A stretch of 58,857 nucleotides of DNA, counting the filler, from Sphacelaria rigidula (Eukaryota): assembly GCA_964200075.2 (NCBI GenBank). It is 5 parts of 5 records of this genome, joined end to end, with 100 filler letters (N's around TTAATTAATTAA, not from the genome) between each part and the next. Parts side by side here need not be neighbours in the genome. Positions count along the whole stretch, not along the records: positions 11,794 to 23,485 come from CAXNAA020004621.1; positions 23,586 to 35,277 come from CAXNAA020004622.1; 3 more parts are not named here. One strand, given 5' to 3'. This document shows positions 12,017-25,423 of the stretch, one piece after another. Position 1 is the stretch's first letter. Each line of letters begins with the position of its first letter. The translations under genes were made by a program, and so were the position numbers. Below the pieces are notes generated by a model. It made no database searches and had not been told where the DNA came from. It saw only the letters and a program-made list of their open reading frames with translations.

Positions 12017-13846
12017 TAGGAGTTAGGGGGCTCTTGGAAGTGCCGTAGCGCCATCTATCAATTTAGAGGCATTTTCACCATAACAAAATAGAGTGCTGGC
12101 TGAAGAAGACCCACTTCACGACGTTGCTTGATTTAGTAGAGAAGTAGTCAGTGAGATGATTTTGATGATACCGATATTCGTCCAGCACAGATGGATTGGA
12201 CTACTGACGAAGCTCTTACGAGCATTCCTTTCGTCGCGCAGGCGGAAAATATTTACTCCGAAAGGGTTAGGGCTAGGATTTGTAAGACACGGGAGTGAAT
12301 GCCTGCGCTTGAACTGTACAGCATATATTAGACGATAATTGACCGCCTGACTCGTGTGCTATGATGTGAGCATAACTTTTACGCGTGACCGCGGTTTTCG
12401 GCGCCGGTCATGCGTTCGCTTTTTTTTTTCTTATTTTTGGAACATTTTTGTCCAGCTTGTTGGGGTCGCGGTGTTGAAATGGGGGGCTGTGTCGAGTCCT
12501 CAAGCACGTTATTATGCCCGCTTCAAGCACGTTATTATGCCCGGTCAGGCACCCAGAGGCGGGAACTTTGGTCCCTAGCACATGATGCAGCGGATAGGAG
12601 TACAGAACGATACGAACCGGGCCAGTGTTGTACCAGTTTAACAACTGTTAACAGCCATCTGTACCCCTACATGATTCTAACCACGCATTTAATACCCCCC
12701 TGTCAGTGCCAAAAAGGGGCTAACCGGGAGCCAAACGCGTTCCCGCCATCTTTGCTTGTTCCGTGAATTATCTCTCACACATGACATCCACGTATCTTCT
12801 CCTCATCTTCCATCGCTCTTCATCCACGCCCTCCACCTGTCCCGCTCCCCCTCCTTATGTTTTTATTCTGGAATGGCCGATGGCCTCAGGCGTGCCATCG
12901 CATGCCGCGGACACGGCGAGAAACGGGCACCCGTTATCAAGCGGAGGCGGTTCTCGGCCGCGGTTATTGTTCGAACGTGACGGCGGAGGGCGGTGACGAA
13001 GCGGCGGGAGCAGGCGGCCACCAAGCAGCAGATCTGTCGAACGCGAGTTCGAGAGGGGATCGGGGCGGGCGTTATCAGGTATGGATGCCCCTCAGGCGTC
13101 GACAGGGTCGTGTGGTGCACCGGTACCACTATTGTCGAGATATATTTAGCCGTTATGACACATACAGTATATCGTATTGTGCCGGTAATTGAAAATCGAC
13201 ACTGGTCTTTCCCTTCTGCTGTTACTAGCTGGAACGTTCGGCACATGGATCGTTATCCAATGGGTGATGGCGCGACTACGAACGGGTTCCCGCCCATGCA
13301 TGAAGCCTGTAATCGAGTGCTCAGAACATGGGTAGCTTTGTGCGGGTGGGGAAAGCAGAGAGATCACAACCGGCCTCCAACGGAGAGACTGAATATTACC
13401 TGTGGGGAACTCGAGTGGAGGAAAGGTGTGTTCTCCACCAAAGTGGGACACACGCCACCCGGGGCCGGTGTGATTACCCGATCCATAAACGCCCCTTTTC
13501 ACCGCAATCATCCTCTACATCACCATCAAATCTACCGTCGCACCGCATATATAATATATTTACCATCTACAAGGAATATCCAGAACTACATCTCAAGACT
13601 GAGTGCGAGTGTATTCTATCAGCCTCCTTGGCTATGTCCTACTATAGTTTGTCCTGAATGTATGTACAGTAACGCAGAAAAAACATTCACGTTGAACACT
13701 ACGGAAACAACAGCACAAAACATGCACCCAACACTTCAAAGGAGTCATCATGAACCATCGACGAAAAACATTTTCCTGGATATAGACAGGACAACAGATT
13801 CGGCAAAATGAAAACTTGCAGCAGTAGTATCGTACCACAAGAGACA

Positions 13847-13972
13847 ATCAAATCGAATCAGAGAATAATGAGTAAAACGATTTCGAGTGAAATGAAATAG
13901 AATCAACTGATACGGAACTAAATCAAGTTAAATGAAACAAAATGTAATCAAATCAAATTGAATACAATCAAA
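13847..13972 (+). repeat. Degenerate pentanucleotide microsatellite (AAATC/AAATG)n
   Basis: aatcaaatcgaatca...gaaatgaaatagaatcaa...aatcaaatcaaattgaatacaatcaaa. Confidence 0.75.
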
Positions 13973-15663
13973 GCTACCCTCTCTCCGGAATTTTCATCTC
14001 TCTGATTTTCAAATACGTGATCTAACCAAGTAATGATAAATACCTCCAATTCCAGTGCTGTCTTTATCGCCACCTTTCAGGAAGCAACTCAGAACATAAA
14101 ATAAAACTCTGCAAGCATTCAAAATACTGCACGGAGCCGCAAGTAGCGATTGATCACTCCATTTTATTCGAACCACCGATGTTGAAGGCAAACTTCGTTT
14201 TGTCACTCTGTCAACAAGTAGCTCCCAAAATAGATGAGACCATCGTCAAACTCGTTGAGCCAATTCTCCTCTGCTATAAAATTAATCCAAACACACCAAA
14301 AGTACAGATACCCCCCCAGAGAATCGCTGCTAAAGATGAACCCAACAATGCGTGTCAACCCCATGCGGGTCAAATATCACGAACAAAACAACAACAAAAA
14401 GTACTGCCATTCGATAAATGCCCTTCTCCGGGAACGGGCCCCCCGGACCCAGTATCGCCCTACCTTTTTACCGGACGAAATCGTATGGCAACGGCCCCCC
14501 TGATTAAATACTCAGAATTAATTTTCCAGGGAGCACTACCTTTAATGTCGTAGAACGATATCAATAACCAAAACATGAATTCTCGCCAGTTTCCAGGTTC
14601 AATGTGAGCTCCTCATGTACAGTCTCAGAACAGATGATAAAGGTTGCGTGACACCATAGACTAAGACACGCTTACTTAACATACTGTACCTGTTAGGAGC
14701 TCCCCTTCGGTACACTCCAGGTTGAAACCAGGCCACATTCCCTCCGATATCCAAATAATGTCGAACCAGAAACCCAACCCCGATTATTCAAACAATCCAA
14801 ATCGTACTCTATTGAAAAAAAAAGTATTGAGGCTGGTACCATGGTATCAAATTCCCCCATGATTCTCGATCGTGACTACACAACTTGGTTTCAAGACAGT
14901 TTCTCTATCGGATCAAAAACGAAAGACAAAACGAAAACCAAACCCAAAAACAAAGTATGTTATGCAACAATACTAACGAAACTCCCACAAAAAATCGAAC
15001 CAAAACCCTTTCCCCAGGGTTTTTTACCACTGCCCCCCTACCTCTGCTGTCCCCACACAAAAGGTTGCACTATCGTTGCCTCCGCCGCGACCGCCATTCT
15101 CTCTTCATTTCCGGCGTGGCCGCGGCTCGGGCTTCATCACACGCGCACTTCTGCGTGGGTGGGCGCACAATCAGTTGTGTCTCCCGCGAAGGGTTGACTC
15201 GGCAGCAACGTAGCGCAGGTCACGCATTCGGAAGGGAGAATCGGCAAATTACTCCTCCATCACATCACTTAAAAACACGCCGGTGCGATACTCTGGAGAG
15301 TAACATCCAACGCCGAAGAAGAACACGCAGTGTTCCCCCCAGTTCTGTGCCGGATTGATGAAAAACAGATGTTCAAAATATCGAATACCCTTTCATGCAC
15401 GAAAACTTAGTCTTTGCAAATCCGCGAAGTGCTCGAGTAAATTTACCTTCCGTGGGGCGGACTCGTACGATGCGGTGTGCACCGGAGGGAAAGCGTGCGT
15501 GTGAGAGCCAAATGATATCGTTGTGTGCACTACTGCTGTATGTGAGAATGATCTTGTAACTGATTCCCCCAACATAATTCCACTTAAAGCAGGATTTGCC
15601 GCGATAAATTTCGCAAAAAGCAAACATCCACTAACCTCGACGTGATGAAAAATTGAATAATGT

Positions 15664-15735
15664 GCCCCCCCCCCCTCCTCAGCCTGGTCCGGCGAAAACC
15701 CCGGCGTGCTCCGTCCTGGCTTTGTAGGAACAGAC
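15664..15735 (+). mobile_element. Family-B retroposon fragment next to a C-run
   Basis: CCTGGTCCGGCGAAAACCCGGCGTGCTCCGTCCTGGCTTTGTAGG, shared with 35001, 11870(-) and 58360(-). Confidence 0.7.
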
Positions 15736-17405
15736 CCCCTATGGGCTTGGCATCGATTGGCAATGACGCTGTAAAACACGCCACATTCCTTTTCCCCGTT
15801 CAACCCCCTTTCCACCATGTTTAGTCCCATTTTCATCCTGCCCCCTCCCGGCTTCAATGCTTGCTTTCATCGGTGGAAGCCTTTTTTTTTGCTTTCAACA
15901 TGCCTCAGTGCAATCTCCAGCCTGCACGCTTGTTCACGTCTCTACGTTCCTTTACTTTTCTCTTTGTCCACCTTTTCTTTCTACCGCGATGCGTTCCAAA
16001 ACCAAATGTCTACACTCGGAATGTGACGGACTTCGTCACATCCGGCAGCGTCTGTGACTTTTTAGCGACTTCGTTTCTTCTCATTTTTGGCTCCGTTTCT
16101 TTCGGCGTTGTGTCGTCGTCTGTACACAAACGTGGTCAATCAACTTTCTCTTCCTGGTGATTTCTGGGGGCCAAGATGGGGGGGGATCAGGAATGTCGTA
16201 GGTTCTATATGGTCTTAGTTTTGAACTATTTCCTACACGTTACGAACCATCTGCTTCCAGGGCAGAACGATTTGAGCTTCTCGAACTTGGATTAGCTCTG
16301 GGTAGTTACAGCGAACTAATAATAGGGTAATCAACTCACTTGATGTTGATGTGGAGCCAAGGCAGTTGATGCTTCGGTGATGAAGCCATTTCCTCATTTC
16401 CTTGAACCTGAGATATTTTTCAATATCACTTGGTCTATTACGGGGTGATTGTCGATCCTGCGTTTGCTGCTTCTACACGTATATGCAGCAGTAGGTGGTA
16501 ATTTGGTCGTCTAGATCGCACGCCGGTAATTTGTCAGCTTGCAGTGTGTTCCTTGAAGTTCGATCGGATTTTGCGGGCTTGTTCTTTTTGCGTGCCGTTT
16601 TTGTGTAAAGGCATCCTCTGTCAACTCTTGGCTTCATGGCCATGGGTGGTAAGCTCCTTGCACCCCGTGAGAACGGGTCGGAGAGATCGAACTAATGTGT
16701 TCAAGAAATTGAGATCATGTGACGTAAGCTCTAGAAATAGAAGATGACCGTACCCCGCCGGTGCGAGTTTAGATACAACGTGCCCGTGCCAAGTCTTTTG
16801 CGCACGAACTACACCCGTGCCGTGTGCCCTTCCCGACCTTCCGTGAAAAAAAAGGACCCTCAAAGATCGAGCACGGCGCCGAAACCAGTCGAGGTGCTAT
16901 CAACAACAATGCTGATATAGCCGGGTTTTGTACAGGAAATCTCAACCCAAACCTTTAAGAACAGGGAAAACTGCACTGCCCCCAATAAACGTCAGTGCAA
17001 TTGACTTGAGCACACTGTTCGAGAGATAATATGAGTACAATTGAGCATATGATGCAAAATGGCCACCGCTGATGAGCCCAACATGCGATCTATAACCACA
17101 CCATGCCAACGGGACACCGCCGTAGGAAATTCTTACTCTCAATCAACCTCGGGGGGGGGGGGGGACCAGGGGGCGGATACTAGGCATGTTTCCGCTGATG
17201 ACCGGCTCGGTACCAACCCTACATATCACAACCTATCACCGAGGATTGTTTTTCATGGGGCGGTATACCCCGTGCCGAGTTACAGTCTCGAGTGGGTCCC
17301 CACGCACGCAAGCTGATGAGAGAACTCCGATTAACGTCAACTTTTGCGACTGTGCTCATGACAGACTCACGCATTTTTAACGAGGATCGGATCAGCACTC
17401 CCAAG

Positions 17406-18103
17406 AACAGCCGATCATCCATTTTGAGGATGGAGCTTTTCATTGAAGATGATAACTCGGGAAATTAAAATTTCCGCATCCACACCAATTCTTCGGGATA
17501 TGGGTCCATTGCTTCATCTGCTGGTAGCTATTGACAATTACCAAACGCCATGAAAATTTGGATTCCAATGACCGAATTTTGGGTGTCTTAGGTGCAAAAG
17601 AAAATGTTGGGAATTCACATGATCCGGCGAATGATGCTACGATAGGGGTTGCACGTTTTTTAGCGAAAATGTTTCTCGGGATGTTGGACGGGTCATTTTG
17701 AGAATCGGCATCATTTTCCATTGAAAAAAATGAGAGTGATGCCGAGTCACGAAAAGGTCCCTGCGTGCATCTCCATGTCCGGTCTCCGAAGATTCGGGAT
17801 GCAGAGTAAACCCCATATACTTAAGCTCCTAAAAACGAGACCGAGAAACAAAAAGTGCAACCCCTATCGTAGCATTGCTCGAGCCGGATCACCTGAATTT
17901 CCAAGAATCGTTCTTCGTCGAGGACCCTGAAATTCCGGTAATCGGAATCCAAATTTTAATGGCGTGTAGTAGTTCTCAATAGCTACTAGAAGATGAAGGA
18001 ATGGAACCATAAATCGCAGAATTGGTGTAAATGCAAATATGGTAATTTCCGGGTTATCATCCTCCATGGAAAGCTCCATCCTCAAAACGGATGATGGGCT
18101 GTT
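17406..18103. mobile_element. Non-autonomous DNA transposon (MITE) with ~185-bp imperfect TIRs
   Basis: AACAGCCGATCATCCATTTTGAGGATGGAGCTTT... (17406-17590) is the reverse complement of ...AAAGCTCCATCCTCAAAACGGATGATGGGCTGTT (17925-18103). TTAA lies at the right end. Confidence 0.8.
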
Positions 18104-19099
18104 TAAGACGCATGGACAATCGTCAGGTGGGTTGGGAAACGGCTTTTGCCGAATCTTGCTCTCACGCCCCTTTCCGACAAGACACAGATATAAAAGAGAC
18201 TCCACTCACTGTTGGTATCCGAACCCGGGGAAGTGGCCAAACGGCCAGTATTCATGTTCCAGTTTTTTATCAATGGAGCGCAGCGTCTACAACGTAGATC
18301 CAGGCGCATACTTACTTCAGTGGAATACGAACAAAAGCACCCGACAGGCCACACTGAAGCAGCAGCAGCAGTAACGTGCAGTGCACACCGCTCATACAGC
18401 ACGTTAAAGCTTTTGCGGTCTGAGACAACACAACCTGTATCGATTGCAGGGGGTGATTTGGGTAGCGAATACATTTTCAACCGGAAATGATGCCAAGATG
18501 CCGACGACTCCGTAAATTATAGGGTCCTTAGTGACATGACATTTAAACATATATGTGTAGCCGTATAGAGGGCCGTATAGAGGGCCGTATAGAGGAATAT
18601 CACAAAGCATACCGGCGAAATGGGAGGACATATTCTGTGCAGTCAGGTGAAACGGTACCACCAAAGTTCCCGAAACCAGCTGGGGCGCGTAATGTAAACA
18701 TGGCGTAAAGGAAAATGCTCGATTGGTCAAACACATGTATGATGGCTCGCGCAGTATTACACACTGTCTTCTCAGCAGTAGTGGCGATACCGTAGTCGTT
18801 TATCAGCAAGGCGTTCTAACCCGCAATACCACGCCAGGCTAGGCATCTGCACCTGCACACAGATGCCTGGTGGGTAGTGCGCGTAGTGTCGTCCATCTCG
18901 GGCGTCTTTCGGCATGTAGGCATACTTATCGAAGAAGTGCCGGCCTTCATACCATCGCGTACCGACGCACCTGCGACGCAGCTAGCGTTGCGCCGTGTCT
19001 GACGAATGCAAATCACCGCCCGCTCTACGAACGTAGCATCCACGTGAATATTTCACAGCTTATCAACTTCACCTACTGACACAAGGCGCTGTCATGAAT

Positions 19100-21890
19100 C
19101 TAGATCGATGCCGCAGCTTCTACTTCGGAGAAATGCCGGAACAATCTTGTCCCCCTCCCGCTCACCTCTCGACTCTTGGGTTGGCGTCGAGCGGCAACGG
19201 TGCTGTAAGACAAGCCACCAGAACCTAGACATGAAATGTAAAGAAGGATGGGAGCAGCTGGTCAAGAAAGCAGCGTGTAAAGTCATAGGGAAGAAACTGT
19301 TAGTATGCAACAGAGCAGTAAACTGGTGGGATGAGGAAGTGAAAGAGGCTATCAGAGTAAGAAGAGACGCCCACGCGAGATGGATGTCGAGCAAAAGCGC
19401 GGTAGGATGGGAGGAGTATACTAAAGCTCGAAAGGAAGCAAAAATATGGTGCAGCAGAAGAGAAGGAAGTATTGGAAGAAGTAGTGAATGAAACAATTGA
19501 ATATTACGATGGCGGGATGAAACAAATGTGGGTAGGGGTAAAAGGGATAATGGAAAAACAGGAAAGAAAGGTAGACAACGGGATAGTCACACTACGGGCA
19601 TAGAACGGTAAAATGGTCAGCAGTTAGAAGGGGAAGAGAGCAGTGCTAGACGAGTACTACCGTAAACTAGGAACACCAAAAACCAACACGAAGTTCGACA
19701 CGGAATTCGAGAAAGAGAACAACGAGTAGGCAGAAGCAAATGTAGAGACGTCAAAACGGGAGGAGAGTGTCTCGAAAGGATTGCAGAGATAGTTGACCAG
19801 AGATGAAGTAAAGGAGTGCGTAGCTAAACTCAAGAACAAAAAGGCAGAAGGTGCAGACGGAATAGTGAATGAATTTCTGAAGCATGGGGGGGAAGGACTC
19901 ATAACCATGATGGTTATGCTGTATTACTGGATATGGGAAACGAGTTCATACTCAAGGGGTGGAGAGAAGGAGTAGAAGTCAACTTTTTCAGAGAGACAAG
20001 GCTGACTCAAGGAAAGATGGAGGGATAACAATACTGAGCACGGTAGGCAAAACATTCTGTAAGATTCTGAATGATAGAGTAGGAACGACGCTAGAAACGG
20101 ACGAGAAAATCAGCGAGGGACAAGCAGGATTCAGACCAAACCTTAGTTGCATAGACCATGTGTACACACTAAGTAAGATAAATCACGGTAGAAAAGACAC
20201 CGGGCGGACAACGTATTGTTTCTTTCAGGACGCTCAGAAGGCTGATGACACAGAATGGATAAATGGGTTGTTGTGGAAGAAGTTGTGGGAAGCTGGGATC
20301 AGAGGAAAGGTGTGGAGAATGGTGAAGAAGATACCAGAATGTGCCAAAAGTGCCATGATGTTAGACGGGGAAATATCGAAATATTTTGATATCTTACAAG
20401 GAGTTGCGCAGGATGTACGTTATCACCCACTTTATTCAAGGTATTCATTAATGACTTGATAATGGCAATAGAAGCAGAAAATCAAGGAGTCAATGTGGGT
20501 GAAGATATGATATCGGGTTTGGTGTTCGCAGATGATTTTGTGGGGATCTCAGAAACACCAAGAGAATTACAAAAACAGATAGATTGGGCGCTAGAATACA
20601 CTAGGAAATGGAGAGTGACAGCGAACGTTAACAAATGCGCGGTACTCGTCTGTAACGAAGATAGGAGAAATCGGTAGAGTTCAAATAGAAGTGAGGAAAC
20701 GAGGAGCTGCCGATGGTACTGTAGACCAGCATACATACCTTGGCGTAGAGATCTCAAAACACTGTTCTTGGGATGCACACATAAATAAAGAATTAGAAAA
20801 GGGTAAGGCACAGATAGGCAGGGTGGACGTGATCCTCAGAGACCCGCACATAGACACTAGGATTAAGAGATGTATCCTGATGAACGTGACCGTACCAAAG
20901 CTGGGATATGCAGGAGAAGTATGCGAGGAAAACGCAAAATTGGTAAGACGTTAGAAACAGTACAGATGGCAGCAGCTAAGGAGATACTTGGATGCTCGAA
21001 AACGACGAGTAACACAGCACTGAGAGCAGAGTTGGGAATGCTCTCAGAGACGTGAGGAAATTGAGGTGGCAATATAGCGTAAAGGACATGCAGAGAAATA
21101 GATTGCCAGCTATACTTGATAAGGCTATATGGGAGAAAAGTACGATTGAGCATGCTATAAGCTGGTATAGAGAAGTCGAGAAAGTATGGAAGGAGATGAG
21201 AGGGAACCAAGACGAGATACTGTCCATAGGTGAAGGCGCGGGGTACAAGACAAAAGTAAGATACATAATAGGGATAAGAGGAAAAGCATCGGTCAGACGC
21301 AAAGTAGACGAGGAAGAACACCTGAAGATATACGGGGGGTTGAGAGAGGGGATCGCGATGAAAACATATTTGCATGGTCCCCTGGACGCGGCGAAAAAGT
21401 TGAAACTACGATTTCGGGTGGGTGACCTGCACCTGTGGGTGACCTGCACCTGCCAGAAAGAATATAGATATATACCAGTAGTCGTGTGGAGGAGGAAGTA
21501 GATGCACAAAACTGCCTCTGAGGCAAAGCCACAGAAAGAAGAAGTCATATAGTTGCAGAATGTGAAGTGTACAAGGAGGAACGGAATATGCTGGAGGGGG
21601 AAATGCGGGACGTGAACGAAGGTGGCATTAAATCGTTTGATGCATTAGACAGTAGCGACACAACGATGACTATACTTGGAGATGGATGGTGGCCGCACAG
21701 ACGGCGAAACAGAACGGGGATAAGATATGTAAAAGGTTTTTGTGCAGTGTATGGAAGAAACGCAATGAGCTCCGGAATGTTGGAGGTGTCTCTACTAGGA
21801 GTAGGAAGTTTGCTCCGTCTCGAAAGAGATGTGTGGTCAATAGACAAACGGCTAAGTCAAGCAACAAATGAGTACGCCCCCTCCCTCCCC
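19100..21890 (+). mobile_element. Decayed, 5'-truncated non-LTR retrotransposon (LINE, family A): RT plus C-terminal Cys/His knuckle, poly(C) tail
   Basis: Frameshifted fragments WWDEEVKEAI, KNKKAEGADGIVNEFLK, ISEGQAGFRP..CIDHVYTL, QGVAQ, FADDFVG, YLGV, LKLRFRVGDL, C..HIVAEC, with several stops. Ends CAAGCAACAAATGAGTACGCCCCC. Clade not assignable by eye. Confidence 0.93.
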
Positions 21891-22411
21891 CTGACCCTCA
21901 CCCTTCGACAATAACCCCAACCATAACCATAGGGATGTGAAAAAATTCCGATTCGGTACTCGAAGCACGCGGTCCTCTCACGCATTACACCGATGACCTC
22001 AAATGCTGGAGGGCATTTTTTCGCAAAACGTGCTGATTTTGTTTTTTCTTCGTTATTTCTGCTGCAAGAAATTGATCAATAAACACCGACAAAAACCGGA
22101 AAGTTTGGTTGGCTTCGCGGGGTTCATGTAAGGTTTGCTTTTGCTCCTTGCCTGTTTGGCCCCGATGGCCTCAGGTCTCCATGCCAAGGACCTCTGTCCC
22201 AGGCAGCTGATCACATCGGCCAACGCTTCGCCAATATACCAGGGGACAGACGGCTGGGTGTCCCCCCGCCCCCCCTCGAAACCTCATGTTTTCGATCTTG
22301 GGGCCTCCTGATTGATCGATTGATTGTCGCACTTCAACTGACCTCCATGCCCAGATTTCTTTTAACGCTACCCGTATAGACATGATATAAACCAGTTTTT
22401 TTCCCTTTTTT

Positions 22412-22950
22412 TTACCATGGCAGAGCCCAGACGTGAACATGGAACGGAAAAGCTAACCATCCTTTTCCTTCAACTTACCAGAACACAGCCCGGAGATAGA
22501 CATGAAATAAAGAAGCTATAATCCTATTTGTCCTTTAACCTACCAAAACACAGCTCGGATATAGGCGTGAAATACAGAAACTGACCATATATGTTTTTCA
22601 ACTTACCATAACACAGCCCAGACGTAGACATGGGATGACGAAGCTAACCTTACTTCTCCTTTAACCTACCATAACACAGCCCGGATATAGACATGAAATC
22701 GAAAACTAATCCTGATATTTCTTTAACTTAACATAACGCAGCCCGGACATAGACATGGAATGATGAAACTAACCCTCATTTTTCTTTAACCTCCCATAAC
22801 GCAGCCCGGACATAGACATGGAATAAAAAAGCTAACCCTACCTCTCCTCGAACCTACCAAAACACAGCCCGAATATAGACATGAAATGAAGAAATTACCC
22901 ATTTTTTGTTTATTCAACCTACCATAAGACAGCCCGGACGTAGACATTAA
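22412..22950 (+). repeat. Minisatellite, ~9 units of ~62 bp, with a conserved ~35-bp core and a more variable linker
   Basis: Core T(T/C)AAC(C/T)TACCATAACACAGCCCGGA(C/T)ATAGACATG recurs every 61-66 nt; linkers are related to each other (AAGCTAACC...TTCT). Confidence 0.9.
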
Positions 22951-23423
22951 ATATCAACGGCTCGACCCAGCTGTTGTGTGTATGTGGGGGGCTGTGAGGT
23001 GCCGCGGGTCGGCCGCCTACTTCCTGTTGTGCCGAGACACTCGCGATGAAAAGTGCCGTAGCTGTCGCATACTAGAGCAAGTTACTGTAGTAGGGATGAA
23101 GCGTGTGTTCTGTCCGTGTTCTCCTCGGCAGAGGCGCGACCACCTGACGACGTATTCATCTTTCCTCCGCGTTTTACGCGTATTGTTGTTTATCAGAGAA
23201 CGTTTTGTAAGTCATTTTTGGACCCCCATTCCCGCCCATAACAGTGTAGCAAGCGATGGCCCAGGATAGGTACTTTCTCGGCCGATTGGCGGCCCAGATA
23301 AAATATATGGTACGATTTGAAGATTCTCGGATCAGGTGTACCGTCGCTATTTCGCCCAGCAGAAAGGGGACGTGGTTTCTGAAGGCGAGACCGACCTCAT
23401 TTGCGCATGGTTATATCTCGCGA

Positions 23424-23424
23424 G

Positions 23425-23482
<58 letters not shown>
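23424..23482 (+). repeat. (GTT)n microsatellite at contig end
   Basis: About 19 perfect GTT units; possibly a retroposon tail. Confidence 0.95.
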
Positions 23483-23485
23483 CTT

Positions 23486-23585
23486 NNNNNNNNNNNNNNN
23501 NNNNNNNNNNNNNNNNNNNNNNNNNNNNNTTAATTAATTAANNNNNNNNNNNNNNNNNNNNNNNNNNNNNNNNNNNNNNNNNNNN
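23486..23585. other. Artificial contig-join spacer
   Basis: 44 N + TTAATTAATTAA + 44 N. Confidence 0.97.
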
Positions 23586-24946
23586 GGTGTATTCGGCGAG
23601 TCGCATGAAGGGTAAGTTGCATCCTGCTAGGCTTGTTCGGCCCGAAGCCTACTGATTAGCTTGCATTTGGATGACAGTCTACAACGAGCTGCTTTATTTT
23701 CTGATATCGCTCAAGGTAAAAATGCTCCCTTACAAGAGGCGACCGCTTCCTTGGAAAGTGACCACGGGCCAGAGTAATGTGGCTGTTCCTCTCAATCCCC
23801 TTGTTCGCTTGCATTAGTTTTCATCCATTGCACGTCTGTTGTATGTTTTGGTACTATTTGTTCCGACCTTCGTTTTTCAGTTTACTCTTCTTGTCTGTCC
23901 TCTCTCTATATATACGTGTGTCTGTGTGCTTTTCCTTTTATTTTTCTTTAGCGAGCGCTTCCGTTTGGGTACATCCACCCTGTGGATTATGGCCATGGCT
24001 GGGTGGCTCGGGGATCAGTCAATGTCGGTAGTCAATCAAAATTAACGGATCGATCAACGTCACACGCGGCCAATCGGCTCCTCCTTGAAATCCCTCTATC
24101 GCGATTGTTTTCATCTAGAGGGCAAAATGCCCCTCTGGAGGACAAAATAACCCCTCGAGTGTCATAATGCCTCTGGAGTAGACAGTACACGAACCCTGCG
24201 GAGGACTCATGATATTCCAGCGACTCATGAGGTCCGAATCCCTCTAAGGGAACAAAAACATGATGCTCTGGAGCACATGATTTTCCTGAGGGTGCCTCAG
24301 GGGAAAATTGGACAACAATCATCTCGAGGATCCATCAATAATGGCTTCTACGGCACTTCAGCGACTCCAGAGGAAGTAGCGGTGAAATATCCTCCAGTGT
24401 GCATATGTACCTCCGGAGTACGTACGAAACACCAAGCCTTGGAAGGGTGCTTGTGTCGTCTATGCGCCAACCATGGATGAATTCCACTGAGAAACGATGC
24501 GGAAGCCCTCGAGGGCTTCATAGTAATACGTGTACGCGGCCATACTACAAAGCAATAGCCAGAGATACCTGTTCCCCTGCTTGCACGCTCCGGCCTTACT
24601 GATACCCCTTGAAAAATCATCCCGCGTAGTCTAGAGACTACAAAGCGCGTTCAAAATATCCACCGTACTGTACTGTACTGTACTGTATATTATTGCAAGC
24701 CCCCCGCCATTTTTACGACCTTTTTGTCCCGTCGTAACTTTAAGTCGATTTTACTGTACTACAAGCTGTGTCCTCCCACCATTCTTACGGCCCTTGTCCC
24801 GACTTAACTTCAAGTCGCGTTTTGGTAGACTCTGGACTACGGGCTTTTTGTTGGATGGTGTATAAATATGAAGCGTGCATGGGATAAATATTTAATCTCC
24901 GTAATTGCAGTACAATTTGGCCCTGTGTGTACTCATACTAAAAACG

Positions 24947-25067
24947 AGTGTATGGGATTTGTACAGCAGAGGCTGTACGAAATAAATCTTCGTTGTGCCT
25001 AATTTAGTAAATTGGGCAAAAGGAGGATTTATTTCGGATAGCCTCTGCTGTACAAACCCCATACACT
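24947..25067. mobile_element. ~120-bp palindromic MITE, copy 1
   Basis: AGTGTATGGGATTTGTACAGCAGAGGCTGT...TAGCCTCTGCTGTACAAACCCCATACACT, nearly self-complementary throughout. Confidence 0.8.
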
Positions 25068-25303
25068 GTACTGTACTGCCCGTTTATATGTATGAGATTT
25101 CGACAGGGAGGAGCTATTCGGAATTCATTGCCAGTATAGCATTAACTCAACAATGCATGTCTCCAGATAACTCCAGATGAACCCTAGGACTAACACGGTT
25201 GACAGCGATAACAAGAATGGCCGTGGAACAAAGTTTACTGTTTGGGATGGTTTTCGTTGGGTTGGACTGGGGTTGATTTATTATTTTTTGGGAAAAGGGA
25301 GTA

Positions 25304-25423
25304 CAGCATGGGATTTGTACAGCAAAGGCTGTCCGAAATAAATCCTCGTTCTGCACAATTTATTTAATTGGACAAAACGAGGATTTTTTTCGAACAGCCT
25401 CTGCTGTACAAATCCCATATATG
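25304..25423. mobile_element. ~120-bp palindromic MITE, copy 2 (partial third copy from 25431)
   Basis: ATGGGATTTGTACAGCAAAGGCTGT...ACAGCCTCTGCTGTACAAATCCCAT. Confidence 0.8.

Noticed and set aside
13619..13650. Lipase-like IVGHSQGG motif on the minus strand
   Set aside because: Immediately followed by stop codons, with no supporting context; probably chance.
12993..13811. 272-aa ORF
   Set aside because: No recognisable domain, heterogeneous composition and no convincing exon structure.
22412..22950. CRISPR array
   Set aside because: The apparent spacers are homologous to one another, the repeats are degenerate, there are no cas genes, and the context is eukaryotic. It is a minisatellite.
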